A stretch of 64,000 nucleotides of DNA, from positions 3,072,001 through 3,136,000 of the forward strand of contig CBDBZU010000004.1 in the NCBI GenBank assembly GCA_965213625.1, written 5' to 3'. The position numbers and the translations under genes were made by a program. The notes beneath the pieces were generated by a model. The model did no database searches, was not told the origin of the DNA, and worked only from the letters and a program-made list of their open reading frames with translations. Positions 9,615-20,670 of the stretch are shown piece by piece. The stretch comes from a bacterium (lineage in GTDB: Bacteria > UBA8248). The stretch's first letter is position 1; every line of letters begins with the position of its first letter.

Positions 9615-11726
9615 TTGAACTCATCTTTCAATCAGCGCGCAAATTCCGCTTTAGTCAATATCCCTTTGCAGGATGCTCTTCAAGCGGCTACAGGCAAATT
9701 CGCCAACCAGCGCGCACATGCCTTCGAGTCGACTGCGGCACCGCTCGCCTTAAGGGCGAAAGCAAGGGAAATCCGCAGGAAAACGTTCGATGAGATCGAC
9801 AAACATCTGGCAACTTTGTTCGAGAATCTCAAAAATCTCGGTGTACATATTCACACTGCACCCAATGCGGATTCCGCAAAGCGAATCGTCCTCGATATTG
9901 CCCGCAAACATGGGGTAAAGACGGTAGTCAAGAGTAAATCCATGGCTTCTGAGGAGATCCACCTGAATCAGGCGTTGGAGGCGGCTGGCATCACCCCGTA
10001 CGAAACCGACCTGGGCGAATGGATTCTTCAACTGGCCAACGAAACGCCTAGCCACCTGGTGGCGCCGGCCATCCATAAAACATTAAAGCAAGTACAAGAC
10101 CTTTTTCGCGAAAAGGTAGACCCGAATGCCGGTTCGGACCCTCAGGAGCTCACGGCTATCGCTCGTGAGAAACTCAGAACGGAATTTCTGCGGGCGGGCA
10201 TGGGAATCAGTGGCGTGAATTTCGCCGTAGCGGAAACCGGAACGCTATGTCTCGTCACAAACGAGGGGAACGGACGACTCGTCACCACTTTACCCAAAGT
10301 CCACGTGGCGATTATGGGGTTCGAAAAAGTAGTGCCCACGTTACGAGATACGCTTACACTCCTGTCAGTGCTCCCGCGCAGCGCAACAGGTCAAAAACTT
10401 ACCAGTTATTTCACCATGCTCACTGGACCAAGAAAAGAAATCGAAGCTGACGGCCCTGATGAAGTTCACCTCGTGCTCCTTGATGGAGGCCGCTCCAGGC
10501 ATCTCGGAACGCCGTTTCAGGAAGCATTTCATTGTATCCGGTGCGGGGCTTGTCAAAACGCCTGCCCTGTCTTCCAGACGGTAGGCGGTCATACATACGA
10601 CTCTGTATATGGTGGACCAATCGGTTCGATCTTGAGTCCAATGCTCCGCGGCCTCGAAGTTTCCGGTGAGCTTCCCGCGGCATCGAGTCTATGCGGCGCC
10701 TGCATGGACGCCTGTCCCGTATTTGTCGACATTCCTCGAATGCTACTGGAAATGAGAGAGGCGAGAACGGCCAAGAAAAATAACGCATTATTCGAGAGGT
10801 TTTCGTTCCGCTTGCTTGGGATGGCGATGCGCAAACCTTTTATTTGGGAGATGGGTTTCAAGACTGCCTCCATTTTTTCAAGATTTATGAATGCCAAAAC
10901 GGCCGCTTGGATGCCAGGACCTCTCGGCGCATGGGCGAAGGGGCGGGAACTTCCCAAAATTACGAAAAAGAGTTTTCGAGCGCGCTGGCGGGAGCAAAAA
11001 CGAGGGGTCAGCGAATCGTATTCAGCAATCCCTGACATTTCGCCAACGGACAGCCCGGAAGCGATTATCGAAAAAACCCACCATGCCCTGGACTTGGCCC
11101 ACGGATTATCACACGGCAACTTCGAAGCCACTGAGGGCCCATTACCGGAAATCACCGTCCCGGACAGCGCCGCTCGCTTTGCCATAGAGTTCGAAGCGGT
11201 GGCGAATCCCACTTATCGTCCGAAATCCGTAGATGACATCCGAGAATATATCGTTAATCTAGCGGGTAAATGGAAAGAATACCCCGTCGCCATCAGCGAA
11301 GGCCTGCCAATTGATGTCGTCAATTGGCTTGTAGAAGATGGCTATGATGTGATTTCTCCATCGAATGATGGAGATAACCGAGATGCAATCGCCCGTAGCG
11401 GTATCGGGATCACGGGCTGCGATTGGGCAATTGCGGAAACGGGCAGCATCGTCTTGCGAAGTGGACCAGGCCATCCGCGTCTGCATTCCCTACTCCCGGA
11501 AATTCACCTGGCCCTCATTCCCGAAAAGAACATTTTGCCGCATATTTCCTCGCTGGGCCCTGAACTCGAAAGGACCCTTAAACAAGAAGAAGGCGTCTCG
11601 CCCAGTTGCGTGAACATCATCACGGGGCCTAGCCGCTCGGCCGATATCGCACTGACACTCATCAAAGGTGTCCATGGCCCTCGCGATGTATTTGCAATTA
11701 TCATTCCTGACACGCTCATCACATGA
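9615..11726 (+). CDS. lutB: Fused lactate utilization proteins B and C (LutB/LldF + LutC/LldG)
   Basis: KSKSM, ETDLGE, NEGN, CIRCGACQNACP, SSLCGAC..CP; C-terminal AETGS...SLLPE...ITGPSRSADI...GVHGP of LutC. Confidence 0.88.
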   Translation: MNSSFNQRANSALVNIPLQDALQAATGKFANQRAHAFESTAAPLALRAKAREIRRKTFDEIDKHLATLFENLKNLGVHIHTAPNADSAKRIVLDIARKHGVKTVVKSKSMASEEIHLNQALEAAGITPYETDLGEWILQLANETPSHLVAPAIHKTLKQVQDLFREKVDPNAGSDPQELTAIAREKLRTEFLRAGMGISGVNFAVAETGTLCLVTNEGNGRLVTTLPKVHVAIMGFEKVVPTLRDTLTLLSVLPRSATGQKLTSYFTMLTGPRKEIEADGPDEVHLVLLDGGRSRHLGTPFQEAFHCIRCGACQNACPVFQTVGGHTYDSVYGGPIGSILSPMLRGLEVSGELPAASSLCGACMDACPVFVDIPRMLLEMREARTAKKNNALFERFSFRLLGMAMRKPFIWEMGFKTASIFSRFMNAKTAAWMPGPLGAWAKGRELPKITKKSFRARWREQKRGVSESYSAIPDISPTDSPEAIIEKTHHALDLAHGLSHGNFEATEGPLPEITVPDSAARFAIEFEAVANPTYRPKSVDDIREYIVNLAGKWKEYPVAISEGLPIDVVNWLVEDGYDVISPSNDGDNRDAIARSGIGITGCDWAIAETGSIVLRSGPGHPRLHSLLPEIHLALIPEKNILPHISSLGPELERTLKQEEGVSPSCVNIITGPSRSADIALTLIKGVHGPRDVFAIIIPDTLIT

Positions 11727-11805
11727 AGCTCGTAAATACAACTGCTTGCTGAGTAGGAAAGGTATCGTTACAAAGCTGAATTGAAACTTTCATTCCGATA
11801 CAAAA

Positions 11806-11846
11806 AATAAACCCCTCGAGAAAATAATCCACTCGAGGGGTTTATT
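11806..11846. terminator. Bidirectional intrinsic terminator between lutBC and glnA
   Basis: aataaacccctcgag-N11-ctcgaggggtttatt. Confidence 0.75.
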
Positions 11847-11880
11847 GTACTCTGTTTTTCAGAATCAGTGACGCCGAAAT

Positions 11881-13293
11881 CTAGATGTCATAGTAGAGAG
11901 TAAATTCGTGGGGATGCGGACGCAGGCGAACAGCATCCACTTCCTCTACTCGCTTATATTCGATCCAGTTGTCGATGACATCTTTCGTAAATACGTCGCC
12001 TTTCAACAAGAACTCATAGTCAGCCTCAAGCGCATCCAAAGCCTCGGGCAGGCTTCCAGGCGTCTGCTGCACATTACCTTTTTCCTCAGGTTCGAGATCG
12101 TAGAGATTCTTGTCAATGGGCTCCGGCGGCATTATTTTATTCTGAATGCCGTCCAGACCTGCCATCAACATCGCGGCAAAGGCCATATAGGGGTTGCAGG
12201 AGGGGTCAGGGCAGCGGAACTCCACCCTCTTGGCCTTCTCGCTTGAGGAATACATCGGAATACGCACACAGGCGCTTCTGTTGCGGCAGCTATATATCAA
12301 GTTGATTGGCGCTTCATAGCCTGGCACCAAGCGGCGGTAGCTGTTCGTCGTCGGGTTGGTGAAAGCCAACAATGCAGGCGCATGCTTCAGCAAGCCGCCG
12401 ATGTAGTAAAGCGCGTCCGGACTCAGGTCGCCATAAGTTCCCGCGCGATACATGATATTCGCACCATCTTTCCAGATGCTTTGGTGGCAGTGCATTCCGG
12501 TACCATTATCGAGGAACACGGGTTTCGGCATGAAGGTCGCCGTCTTGCCATGCTTTCTCGCAACATTCTTGACGATGTATTTGTACTTCATCAGCTTATC
12601 CGCTGTAGTCACCAAGGTATCGAATCGAATATCGATTTCACATTGCCCGGCGGAGGCTACTTCATGGTGGTGCACTTCACACTCGACGCCACATTCCAGC
12701 ATCGCCAGCATCATTTCCGAGCGAACGTCCTGGAGCGTGTCGTTGGGAGGCACGGGGAAATAACCTTCTTTGTAGCGGTTCTTATGGCCGAGGTTTGGAT
12801 CTTCATTGGCGCCCGTGTTCCAGGCAGCCTCAGACGAATCGACCTCGTAGAAAGCATGATTTTCCGACCCCGAATAGCGCACATCGTCGAACACAAAAAA
12901 CTCGGCTTCAGGGCCGAAGTAGGCAACATCTCCGACACCTGTAGACTTCATGTATTGCTCCGCCTTGATGGCAATATGTCGCGGATCGCGATCGTACAAC
13001 TCGAGCGTAACCGGATCCTTTATGTCGCAGATAAGGACCAGCGTCGGGATTTTCATAAATGGGTCGATGAAAGCGGTCGTCGGATCCGGAATGAGGAGCA
13101 TGTCACTTTGATCGATACTTTGAAATCCCCGAATGCTCGAGCCGTCGAAGCCAACACCCTCCTCGAAGGTATCTTCCTCAAGCGTGTCGATGTGTGCTGA
13201 GAAATGTTGCCACATACCAGGCATATCTATGAAACGATAGTCAACAATTTTAGCGCCACTTTCCTTAGCCAGCTTCAAGACATCTGCAACCAT
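11881..13293 (-). CDS. glnA: Glutamine synthetase type I
   Basis: [38 protein letters not shown], adenylylation site NLYDL; GGAGGA RBS favours start at 13293. Confidence 0.97.
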   Translation of the reverse strand: MVADVLKLAKESGAKIVDYRFIDMPGMWQHFSAHIDTLEEDTFEEGVGFDGSSIRGFQSIDQSDMLLIPDPTTAFIDPFMKIPTLVLICDIKDPVTLELYDRDPRHIAIKAEQYMKSTGVGDVAYFGPEAEFFVFDDVRYSGSENHAFYEVDSSEAAWNTGANEDPNLGHKNRYKEGYFPVPPNDTLQDVRSEMMLAMLECGVECEVHHHEVASAGQCEIDIRFDTLVTTADKLMKYKYIVKNVARKHGKTATFMPKPVFLDNGTGMHCHQSIWKDGANIMYRAGTYGDLSPDALYYIGGLLKHAPALLAFTNPTTNSYRRLVPGYEAPINLIYSCRNRSACVRIPMYSSSEKAKRVEFRCPDPSCNPYMAFAAMLMAGLDGIQNKIMPPEPIDKNLYDLEPEEKGNVQQTPGSLPEALDALEADYEFLLKGDVFTKDVIDNWIEYKRVEEVDAVRLRPHPHEFTLYYDI

Positions 13294-13375
13294 CTGGTAC
13301 TCCTCCATATGGAATTGTGGTTTTGCGAGAAATTATCGGCACAAAACCAGGATTTGTTCAGCCCTTAAGGCTTTG

Positions 13376-16117
13376 TCATGATACGAAAGCGCCAACCGGG
13401 CGCCCTTCCTCAAGAATTTCACTAAGATGTCCGCACAGCTCCTTCAGTTTTGTCGTATCTTCAATTTTTCGACCGTTGTCGTCTGTTATGTAAAAAGCAT
13501 CTACTACGCATTGACCTTCTGTGGTGATTTTGGCCCGAGAGATGGATATGCCTTCTTGCGCGAAGAATTGAGCAATTTGCGCCAAAAGGCCGTGTCTATC
13601 CGGCGACACGACTTCCAGAACTGTCGCGTCCTCACTCGCAGTCAGATCGTATTCGACCAGTATCGGTAACTCGAACAACGTTCGTTTTTTCAATCGCAAA
13701 TACTTTTTGCTCCGCCCCAGGAATTCCGACAAGCCCAATTCGCCCGATAGCAATTCACCCAGCGATTTGCGGAATTTTTTCCAAAGAGCTTCGTCGACAA
13801 CCGCTTTTCCCTCGGAATCCACTACCTCAAACGTATCTATCACCAAACCATCCTCGCGCGTATATACTTTCGCATCCAATATGTTGAGTTCGTACACTGC
13901 AAATGCGCCAGCGACCAGTGCAAACAAACCGAGTTGATCTTTGCACAACAGCGTCAAGAGCGTATGCCCTCGTCTTCTGCGATGCGTTATATCGATCTCG
14001 CAAATCGTTTCAGCCGAAATACGGGTCCCGAGTTCGATATGGCGCAAGATGTCTTGCGGTGGTGTACCAGTGCTGTATCTGTCCGGCATAGACCCCATAT
14101 GTCCGGAGATTTCCTCGCGGCCTATACGGCTTCCTCCCGCTCTAGCCTCCAAACTCACCTGCTCTACGATATCTCCCGTCCGCTTTCGCCTGTACAAATC
14201 TTCTCCCGTTTCCATCACCCTGAGCACCCGCTTGTACAGCTCGTAGATTAAAGCGCTTCTCCATTCATTCCATATGCCGGGAGCTACGGCGGAAATATCC
14301 GCATATGTCAAGAGATAAAGCATTTGGAGCCTTTCCACCGTCTCCATTTTATCGGCGAAATTACTAATCAGGACAGGATCGTCGATATCACGTCTTTCAG
14401 CTGTGATGCTCATTTCAATGTGGCAAGCCACCAAAAATTCGATGATGCTCCCCTGGTCCGCCGGTAGGCCCATGCGCATTATGATATCGGGAAGCGCGGA
14501 AGAACTCTTGTGGACATGCCTCGGCCCCCTAGCTTTTCCGATATCGTGAAACAAGAGCGCAAGCCTCAATATGTTGGTACGCTCCATCTCTCGATGAATA
14601 TGGGCCGCTTGTTGTAAGGAAACGTCTTTTGTATATGTGAGCTCATCCAATGCAGCCAACGTCAGCAAAGTATGTTCATCTGCCGTATATCGATGGTAGT
14701 GATCATACTGAACGAAACATGTCAAAGGTTCGAATTCGGGAATATATCGCCCTAACAACCCGAGACCGTGCATTTCGTGCATCGTAGTCGTCACACCAGC
14801 TTTGCCGCTTAATATACGCAAAAAGCTGTCCCTTACATCGGAGGAAGCACGAAAATTGTCATCAACCGTATCAAAGTGGGCTCGAACGAAATTTCTTACG
14901 TTTGGCGACAGGCGGCAACCAAATCGATATTGATTCTCGAATATCCTCATTAGGCCCGTAGGGTTTTCAAGTATTGCTTCAGGATTCGACTCTTCCAGAA
15001 CGAGCGTATGGTAGTCCTGCAAAGCCAATCCATCTCCCAGAGGTTGGAGCCTGGGTTTTCTGTTGACCCATCTTCTGCTCTTCAAATGGTCTTCGAGAGT
15101 TTCGAAAAAATCACGGCAAAAAATATGCAGGTCTCTGGCATGCAAGAAGTAATCGCGCATCAGACATTCACTGGCCAGCGCGCTCTCTTCATCTTCATAA
15201 CCTAACGCGGGAGCGATCTCGGATTGTGCTGAAAAGTTCAACATATCGTTTTTGGCTTTTGCACGTATATGAAGTTGAGCTCGTATGCGAAGAAGAAAAT
15301 CATAAGCTTTCAGCGCTTTTTCGAACTCCGCCTGCGGCACCCAACCCTTTCGCCAAATCTCATCCATTTCTTTGAGCCCGAAAGTCTTGGCCAACCAGCA
15401 AACGGCATGAAAATCACGCAAGCCTCCCGCACTTTCTTTCACATTCGGCTCAAGAACATAAACCGATGGATCCCAGGAGCGATACCGTCTCATGCGTTCT
15501 TCAAGGCGATTTCGGAGATGTGAGCTTTTCGCGACACGCTGCAGGTAACTATCGAATTTCTTGTTGAATTCCCGGAAAACTTCTTCGCTGCCCGCCAATA
15601 AGCGATTCTCCAACATGGCGGTTTCGCTTTGGTAATCTTCCTTGGCGATTTTCAGGCAATTTGAAATGGTTCTGGCGCTGTGGCCTATCGTAAGACCTGC
15701 ATCCCACATCAGATACAGGACAGAGCGAATTAATTCGCTGATTTGCCCTTCATGCCCCGAAAACAAGAACAACAGATCAATATCAGAACCGGGAGACAAT
15801 TCTCCCCGCCCATATCCGCCAATCGCTACCAAAGCGCATGGAAACGCCTGGTCGCCATTGGTGAATTTTTTCCTTTCTCCTTCCAAAGCGTAAGTATAGA
15901 CCTGAGCGATATACGCATCCATGAAATTTGCATGTGCTTCACACAACTCGTAACCGCCCGCGCCCTCATGCTGCGCATTGCAAATATGTTCACCCGCCTG
16001 CGCATACGCCTCCTTGATATAGCGGAGAAAAACGCTCCTATCCCAACCGCTCGCCGCCAGAGTCGTTTCCCGAACATCTTTTTGAAGTTGTAGTAAATGA
16101 TTGAGAGATGGCGTCAT
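13376..16117 (-). CDS. glnD: [Protein-PII] uridylyltransferase
   Basis: VAIGGYGRGELSPGSDIDLL, EPNVKES.GGLRD, YHRYTADEH, LFHDIGK, two ACT domains. Confidence 0.95.
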   Translation of the reverse strand: MTPSLNHLLQLQKDVRETTLAASGWDRSVFLRYIKEAYAQAGEHICNAQHEGAGGYELCEAHANFMDAYIAQVYTYALEGERKKFTNGDQAFPCALVAIGGYGRGELSPGSDIDLLFLFSGHEGQISELIRSVLYLMWDAGLTIGHSARTISNCLKIAKEDYQSETAMLENRLLAGSEEVFREFNKKFDSYLQRVAKSSHLRNRLEERMRRYRSWDPSVYVLEPNVKESAGGLRDFHAVCWLAKTFGLKEMDEIWRKGWVPQAEFEKALKAYDFLLRIRAQLHIRAKAKNDMLNFSAQSEIAPALGYEDEESALASECLMRDYFLHARDLHIFCRDFFETLEDHLKSRRWVNRKPRLQPLGDGLALQDYHTLVLEESNPEAILENPTGLMRIFENQYRFGCRLSPNVRNFVRAHFDTVDDNFRASSDVRDSFLRILSGKAGVTTTMHEMHGLGLLGRYIPEFEPLTCFVQYDHYHRYTADEHTLLTLAALDELTYTKDVSLQQAAHIHREMERTNILRLALLFHDIGKARGPRHVHKSSSALPDIIMRMGLPADQGSIIEFLVACHIEMSITAERRDIDDPVLISNFADKMETVERLQMLYLLTYADISAVAPGIWNEWRSALIYELYKRVLRVMETGEDLYRRKRTGDIVEQVSLEARAGGSRIGREEISGHMGSMPDRYSTGTPPQDILRHIELGTRISAETICEIDITHRRRRGHTLLTLLCKDQLGLFALVAGAFAVYELNILDAKVYTREDGLVIDTFEVVDSEGKAVVDEALWKKFRKSLGELLSGELGLSEFLGRSKKYLRLKKRTLFELPILVEYDLTASEDATVLEVVSPDRHGLLAQIAQFFAQEGISISRAKITTEGQCVVDAFYITDDNGRKIEDTTKLKELCGHLSEILEEGRPVGAFVS

Positions 16118-16129
16118 CGGAAGATATCG

Positions 16130-16486
<357 letters not shown>

Positions 16487-16794
16487 TCAAGTGAAAGTAC
16501 CAATGGGATGGTTTCTATCGACTATATCACGCAATGATTGGTCGTCAATCAATAAACCCAATGAATAACTGCTCTCTACCCTCTAAAACAGAGTATGTAC
16601 ACGAAATATGTTTCCATGGTGTTACAAGGGGCTGATGAACAATTTTAGATTTTGCGCCAAGTCTGCGTAATTTTTTACGAATCACATCGTCAGGTGGTTG
16701 CACGATGCAGTGCTTTTCCATAAACTTTTCTGAGTAATATCTCGTATTCCTGTTTATTTAATAGTGATTTATTTTTCGTAGGAGATATTCAGTA

Positions 16795-17115
16795 ATGGAA
16801 TGTACGCTTCTTGAAGCACCCGTAGAATGCCATTTCGCATCGAAAGGCTCCAATGGCCAAAATGCATGTTCATACAATGGAAGTTCTTGCTTACCTGTCG
16901 TAGAGGAATGCCTTTCGGGTGATGACGAGAAAGCATGCGAGCACATTCTGGAGCTTCCAAAAGGAAAATTCTGCGCTAAATTCCCCAATCCGGAAAATCG
17001 TTGGGAACGCGGCAGATGCCCTCTTGCAACACATATAAAATTGGACTTTGAAGCCCCCTTGGAGAAGAAACTAAATCCCCTAAAGGCCTCCAAGCGAGCC
17101 GCACGAGGAAACTAA
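16795..17115 (+). CDS. PxxKW-family cysteine-rich small protein
   Basis: Eight Cys, P-N-P-E-N-R-W...CPLATH and C-terminal KLNPLKASKR; AGGAG RBS. Confidence 0.75.
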   Translation: MECTLLEAPVECHFASKGSNGQNACSYNGSSCLPVVEECLSGDDEKACEHILELPKGKFCAKFPNPENRWERGRCPLATHIKLDFEAPLEKKLNPLKASKRAARGN

Positions 17116-17141
17116 ATACAAAAATCACTATCACATTCGCT

Positions 17142-17185
17142 CCCATAAAAAAGCCGCGCTTCATGAAGCGCGGCTTTTTTATGGG
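17142..17185. terminator. Bidirectional terminator (perfect 44-bp palindrome)
   Basis: cccataaaaaagccgcgcttca|tgaagcgcggcttttttatggg between convergent genes. Confidence 0.8.
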
Positions 17186-17194
17186 GTAAGAATG

Positions 17195-18913
17195 CTAAAA
17201 TACTATAAAGGCTAGAACACCAGCAATGATAAATATTTGATCGGTGGCCACTTCCATGAGTCCGCTATGCCCCAATATCTTCTGAGAGTACCAATATAGA
17301 CATGTTCCCGCATAAACCACAGGTATGAGCATGGCATAACCATACAATGGAACCACCCATTCATTGATGGAAGCACTAACAAGAACAACGGCCAATGCAG
17401 CGCAAATCACTCCTAACAGCGCTTCTGTCTGTTCCTTTCCTAACACAATCGGTAAGGTCCTTTTGCCCACGATTCGATCACCTTGAATATCTCTCAATTC
17501 CATCAAACCGGTCCGGAAAATGACCAAACCGAAGGCGACAAATATGGACACTACCCAACCGGTGGAAATCATCTGGGAATTCGCCAATGCCGGTAGAAAC
17601 GCCAAGCTAAAGGTCCAGCCCGCCGCAAGAACCAAGATTTTCAAGGCCGGGAAATTCATTACCCTTCCCACAAGAGCTCGAGGCTCAAGCTTAAGGCTAC
17701 AGAAAATGGCCCAAATTAATCCCACAACCATAATGCCCCCGGTCAAATAGGAGACCCCGATACCGAACAGGATAGATACAAAAGCAGCAACTCCACCCAA
17801 GGACAATAGTTTGGTTTTGTGTTTTTCATAAAACTGAGCTCGATTAGGTTCGTTGTACCTATCAGCCTCGTAGCTGACACAACGATTTATCGTATGAGCG
17901 GCGAAAAGATACAGAGCTGCCGTTGTCGCAAGTTGCATCGAGAGGGGAAAACCACCCAACATCGAGATGGCTATACTGCCCAATAACGCAGAGAAGAAAA
18001 GAAGAACATTTGCTCTCGACAGTATTTTAAGAACATCGGACAGCTTATCTACGAAATTCGGATCCGGATCCGGAATCGCCTCAATTCGATTCACGACACG
18101 TCGAATCATCCAATCGGGTGTAGAAGCGCCCGCCGTAACGGCTATGTTTTTGTATTTCTGCAATAATTTTTCATCAATCTCATCTTCAGTTTCAATGAGA
18201 ATGGAATCCGCGCCCCCTTCCTTCGCCACCTCCACCAAGCGGTTCGTATTGCCGCTATTACGCCCTCCAACGACAACCATTAAGTCGACATCAGGTGCTA
18301 ATTTCTTTACTTCTTCTTGGCGAACTTCCGTCGCATCACAAATTGTATTAAACATTTGGGCTTGGGGGTATTTACTTAATATCGCTTCTTCCACATCTTT
18401 CCACTCACGCATGTTGATAGTAGTTTGCGCAACCACTACGACAGCTCGATCACCGATGTCCGGGAGCCCGGACACATCGTCCATGCACGTTATCAGGTGG
18501 TTGCCAGCCTCCGCGTACCCTTTATGGCCATCCACCTCCGGGTGGCCTTCTTCTCCAATAATTACTGTGAATGCACCCATGCGAGAATGTTTTCTGATTA
18601 CTCCATGAACTTTGGCCACCAGGGGGCAAGTTGCATCTCTAAGACCAGCGCCAGAACTTCTTAACCGATCACGAACTTGAGGCGAGATGCCGTGCGCTCG
18701 AATAACGACCAAGCTCGTACTACTTGGCGTCTCTTGAGGGTCAGACACCAATACACTCTTTTCCTCCAATAATTCCACCGTCTGTGGATTGTGAATCAAT
18801 GGCCCGTGCGTGAGGACTTCGCTGGACGCATCATTGGCTGTGTCCAAGGCGATATCGAGTGCCCTTTCCACTCCCCAGCAGAAACCAGCCGTCTTAGCTA
18901 GCTTGACTCTCAA
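17195..18913 (-). CDS. ispH: HMBPP reductase IspH fused to a UbiA-like membrane prenyltransferase domain
   Basis: AGFCWGV, GPLIHNP, DATCP, GHPEV, AQTT, NTICDAT..RQ, SGNT, TAGASTP; hydrophobic C-half with DRYNEP and RDIQGDRIVG.RTLP; TTG start with AGGAGG. Confidence 0.92.
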   Translation of the reverse strand: MRVKLAKTAGFCWGVERALDIALDTANDASSEVLTHGPLIHNPQTVELLEEKSVLVSDPQETPSSTSLVVIRAHGISPQVRDRLRSSGAGLRDATCPLVAKVHGVIRKHSRMGAFTVIIGEEGHPEVDGHKGYAEAGNHLITCMDDVSGLPDIGDRAVVVVAQTTINMREWKDVEEAILSKYPQAQMFNTICDATEVRQEEVKKLAPDVDLMVVVGGRNSGNTNRLVEVAKEGGADSILIETEDEIDEKLLQKYKNIAVTAGASTPDWMIRRVVNRIEAIPDPDPNFVDKLSDVLKILSRANVLLFFSALLGSIAISMLGGFPLSMQLATTAALYLFAAHTINRCVSYEADRYNEPNRAQFYEKHKTKLLSLGGVAAFVSILFGIGVSYLTGGIMVVGLIWAIFCSLKLEPRALVGRVMNFPALKILVLAAGWTFSLAFLPALANSQMISTGWVVSIFVAFGLVIFRTGLMELRDIQGDRIVGKRTLPIVLGKEQTEALLGVICAALAVVLVSASINEWVVPLYGYAMLIPVVYAGTCLYWYSQKILGHSGLMEVATDQIFIIAGVLAFIVF

Positions 18914-19015
18914 CTACAATCCTCCTGAGTGACATGAATATGCCGTATGGTCCTTCCCGCTTCCACATTCACACACTATAGCCCTACTCTCGAATAATAT
19001 GCAATAAAATACAAA

Positions 19016-19561
19016 TCAACTATCATACGAAAAGCGAGGCCGCTCAAAGCGATATTCGATGATAGGCGGTGCATGTTCCAGGTGAGTGAGATCAGAGATT
19101 CGAAACCAACCACCGGAAGCATCCAAAATCACCTCGCCGATCGTGCTGGGTAGATCGAACCTCTTCGGGCCGCAACTCCCAGGATTGAAGAATACGGTCT
19201 TCCCTATCATTCGGCAAAGCGGCTGATGACTATGACCGAAAATCACCAGATCCATCGCTTCATGTTCAAGAAGCATATTTAATTCCCGGGATGGTCCACC
19301 CCGGTGCCAGACAATATGCTGAATCATGATGCGCCAGCCTGCAATAAGGGTTTTCTCCCGTACTGGTGCCAAATCGGAGGCATCCACGTTTCCCGAAACA
19401 CACACGACGGGGGCAATGCTCTCTAGCGCCGGCAAGATGATGTCAGAACCTACATCTCCGGCATGAAAGATATAGTCAGTATCCTGACAAAATTCGAGCA
19501 CGTCTTGCGTAAGTCGACCATGAGTATCCGACAAAACGCATATTCTAACGCTCGAAGTCAT
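19016..19561 (-). CDS. YfcE/MJ0936-family metallophosphoesterase
   Basis: SDTH, HAGD, GNVD, GHSH, NPGS. Confidence 0.9.
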   Translation of the reverse strand: MTSSVRICVLSDTHGRLTQDVLEFCQDTDYIFHAGDVGSDIILPALESIAPVVCVSGNVDASDLAPVREKTLIAGWRIMIQHIVWHRGGPSRELNMLLEHEAMDLVIFGHSHQPLCRMIGKTVFFNPGSCGPKRFDLPSTIGEVILDASGGWFRISDLTHLEHAPPIIEYRFERPRFSYDS

Positions 19562-19760
19562 TGTTGATGGTCCTATAAGTCTCATCCGCACAAGATGTCA
19601 GATAAAACCCTCGCTTCCATAAGAGGAAATAGAGGTGGATGTTTCTGAAGTAGGAAACTGTATTTTTCGTTCTTGCTCATTGCAAATAAATCACTCAATT
19701 CCCATACATCCTTTTCCGCATGAAAAAAGCAAGCATGGCATACCGAGACACAGGGGAATG

Positions 19761-20621
19761 CTAGTTTTTTAATCTTCCGCCCAATACGATACCGATCAAT
19801 ACAAGAGAGCATGCGAAGAGCCGACTTGGCGTAGGAACTTCCTGAAGCAGCCACCAAGCCAATCCCGTTGCCACTAATGGCTCTCCCACAACTGCAAGCG
19901 CCACTTTCCCGGGGTATAAATGACCCAACGCATAATTAACCGAAGTATGACCAATCAATGTCGGAACAAGTATCATGGCGAATAAGAGAAGCCAGGTATC
20001 ATTGGAATAATCGCTGAGAGGTTGTTCCAGAACGAAAGCCGCACCAATCAGCAAAATTCCGCTGAATCCATAACACCCCGTCACGTATGTCGCAACTGGA
20101 ATTTTCACTCTCAGCTTTCGGCCGCATAGCATATAAGCGGAGGCCATCACAGCCGCAGACAACGCGAGAGAATTTCCCCAGAAGCTCCCTGCCCAGCCCA
20201 TAAAGTCGGAAAACGCCAAAACTGCGCTACCGCCTATCGCCATCACCACACCGAGCCAAAAATTCCGCCCTTCCCTTTCTCCCAAAAGAACGATTGCGCC
20301 GATTCCTGCAAATATGGGATTGGTCGTCGCAAGCACGACGGAACTTGCTACCGACGTATGCGATAGCGATTCTATCCAAAACGCAAAATGAAAAGCCAAA
20401 AATGTACCCGAACCCACCCAGATTATCTTCTCTTGCATCGACAAGGCGCCCCATACGTTCAGGACGTTCCTCCATGTGAACGGCAGCAACAATAAAGCAC
20501 CGCCACCCATTCGGTATGCCGCAATAGCCAATGGTTCAGCATCCGCCAAACGTATGAGTATGGCGGAGCTGCCCAGGGCAATGACCCCTACGAACAAATA
20601 AAAATACACGGGAATTTTCAT
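19761..20621 (-). CDS. DMT/EamA family transporter
   Basis: About ten hydrophobic segments; AFHFAFW..SL.HTSVASS, PTLIGH, EP. Confidence 0.88.
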   Translation of the reverse strand: MKIPVYFYLFVGVIALGSSAILIRLADAEPLAIAAYRMGGGALLLLPFTWRNVLNVWGALSMQEKIIWVGSGTFLAFHFAFWIESLSHTSVASSVVLATTNPIFAGIGAIVLLGEREGRNFWLGVVMAIGGSAVLAFSDFMGWAGSFWGNSLALSAAVMASAYMLCGRKLRVKIPVATYVTGCYGFSGILLIGAAFVLEQPLSDYSNDTWLLLFAMILVPTLIGHTSVNYALGHLYPGKVALAVVGEPLVATGLAWWLLQEVPTPSRLFACSLVLIGIVLGGRLKN

Positions 20622-20670
20622 GATTAAGCTTCAGGGCCGGATTGAACAGGGCCGGTGCTTTGGAAGCCGT

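Noticed and set aside
16699-16714. NtrC site / sigma54 promoter upstream of glnB
   Set aside because: TGCAC-N6-GTGCT has the wrong spacing and a mismatch; no TGGCAC-N5-TTGC found.
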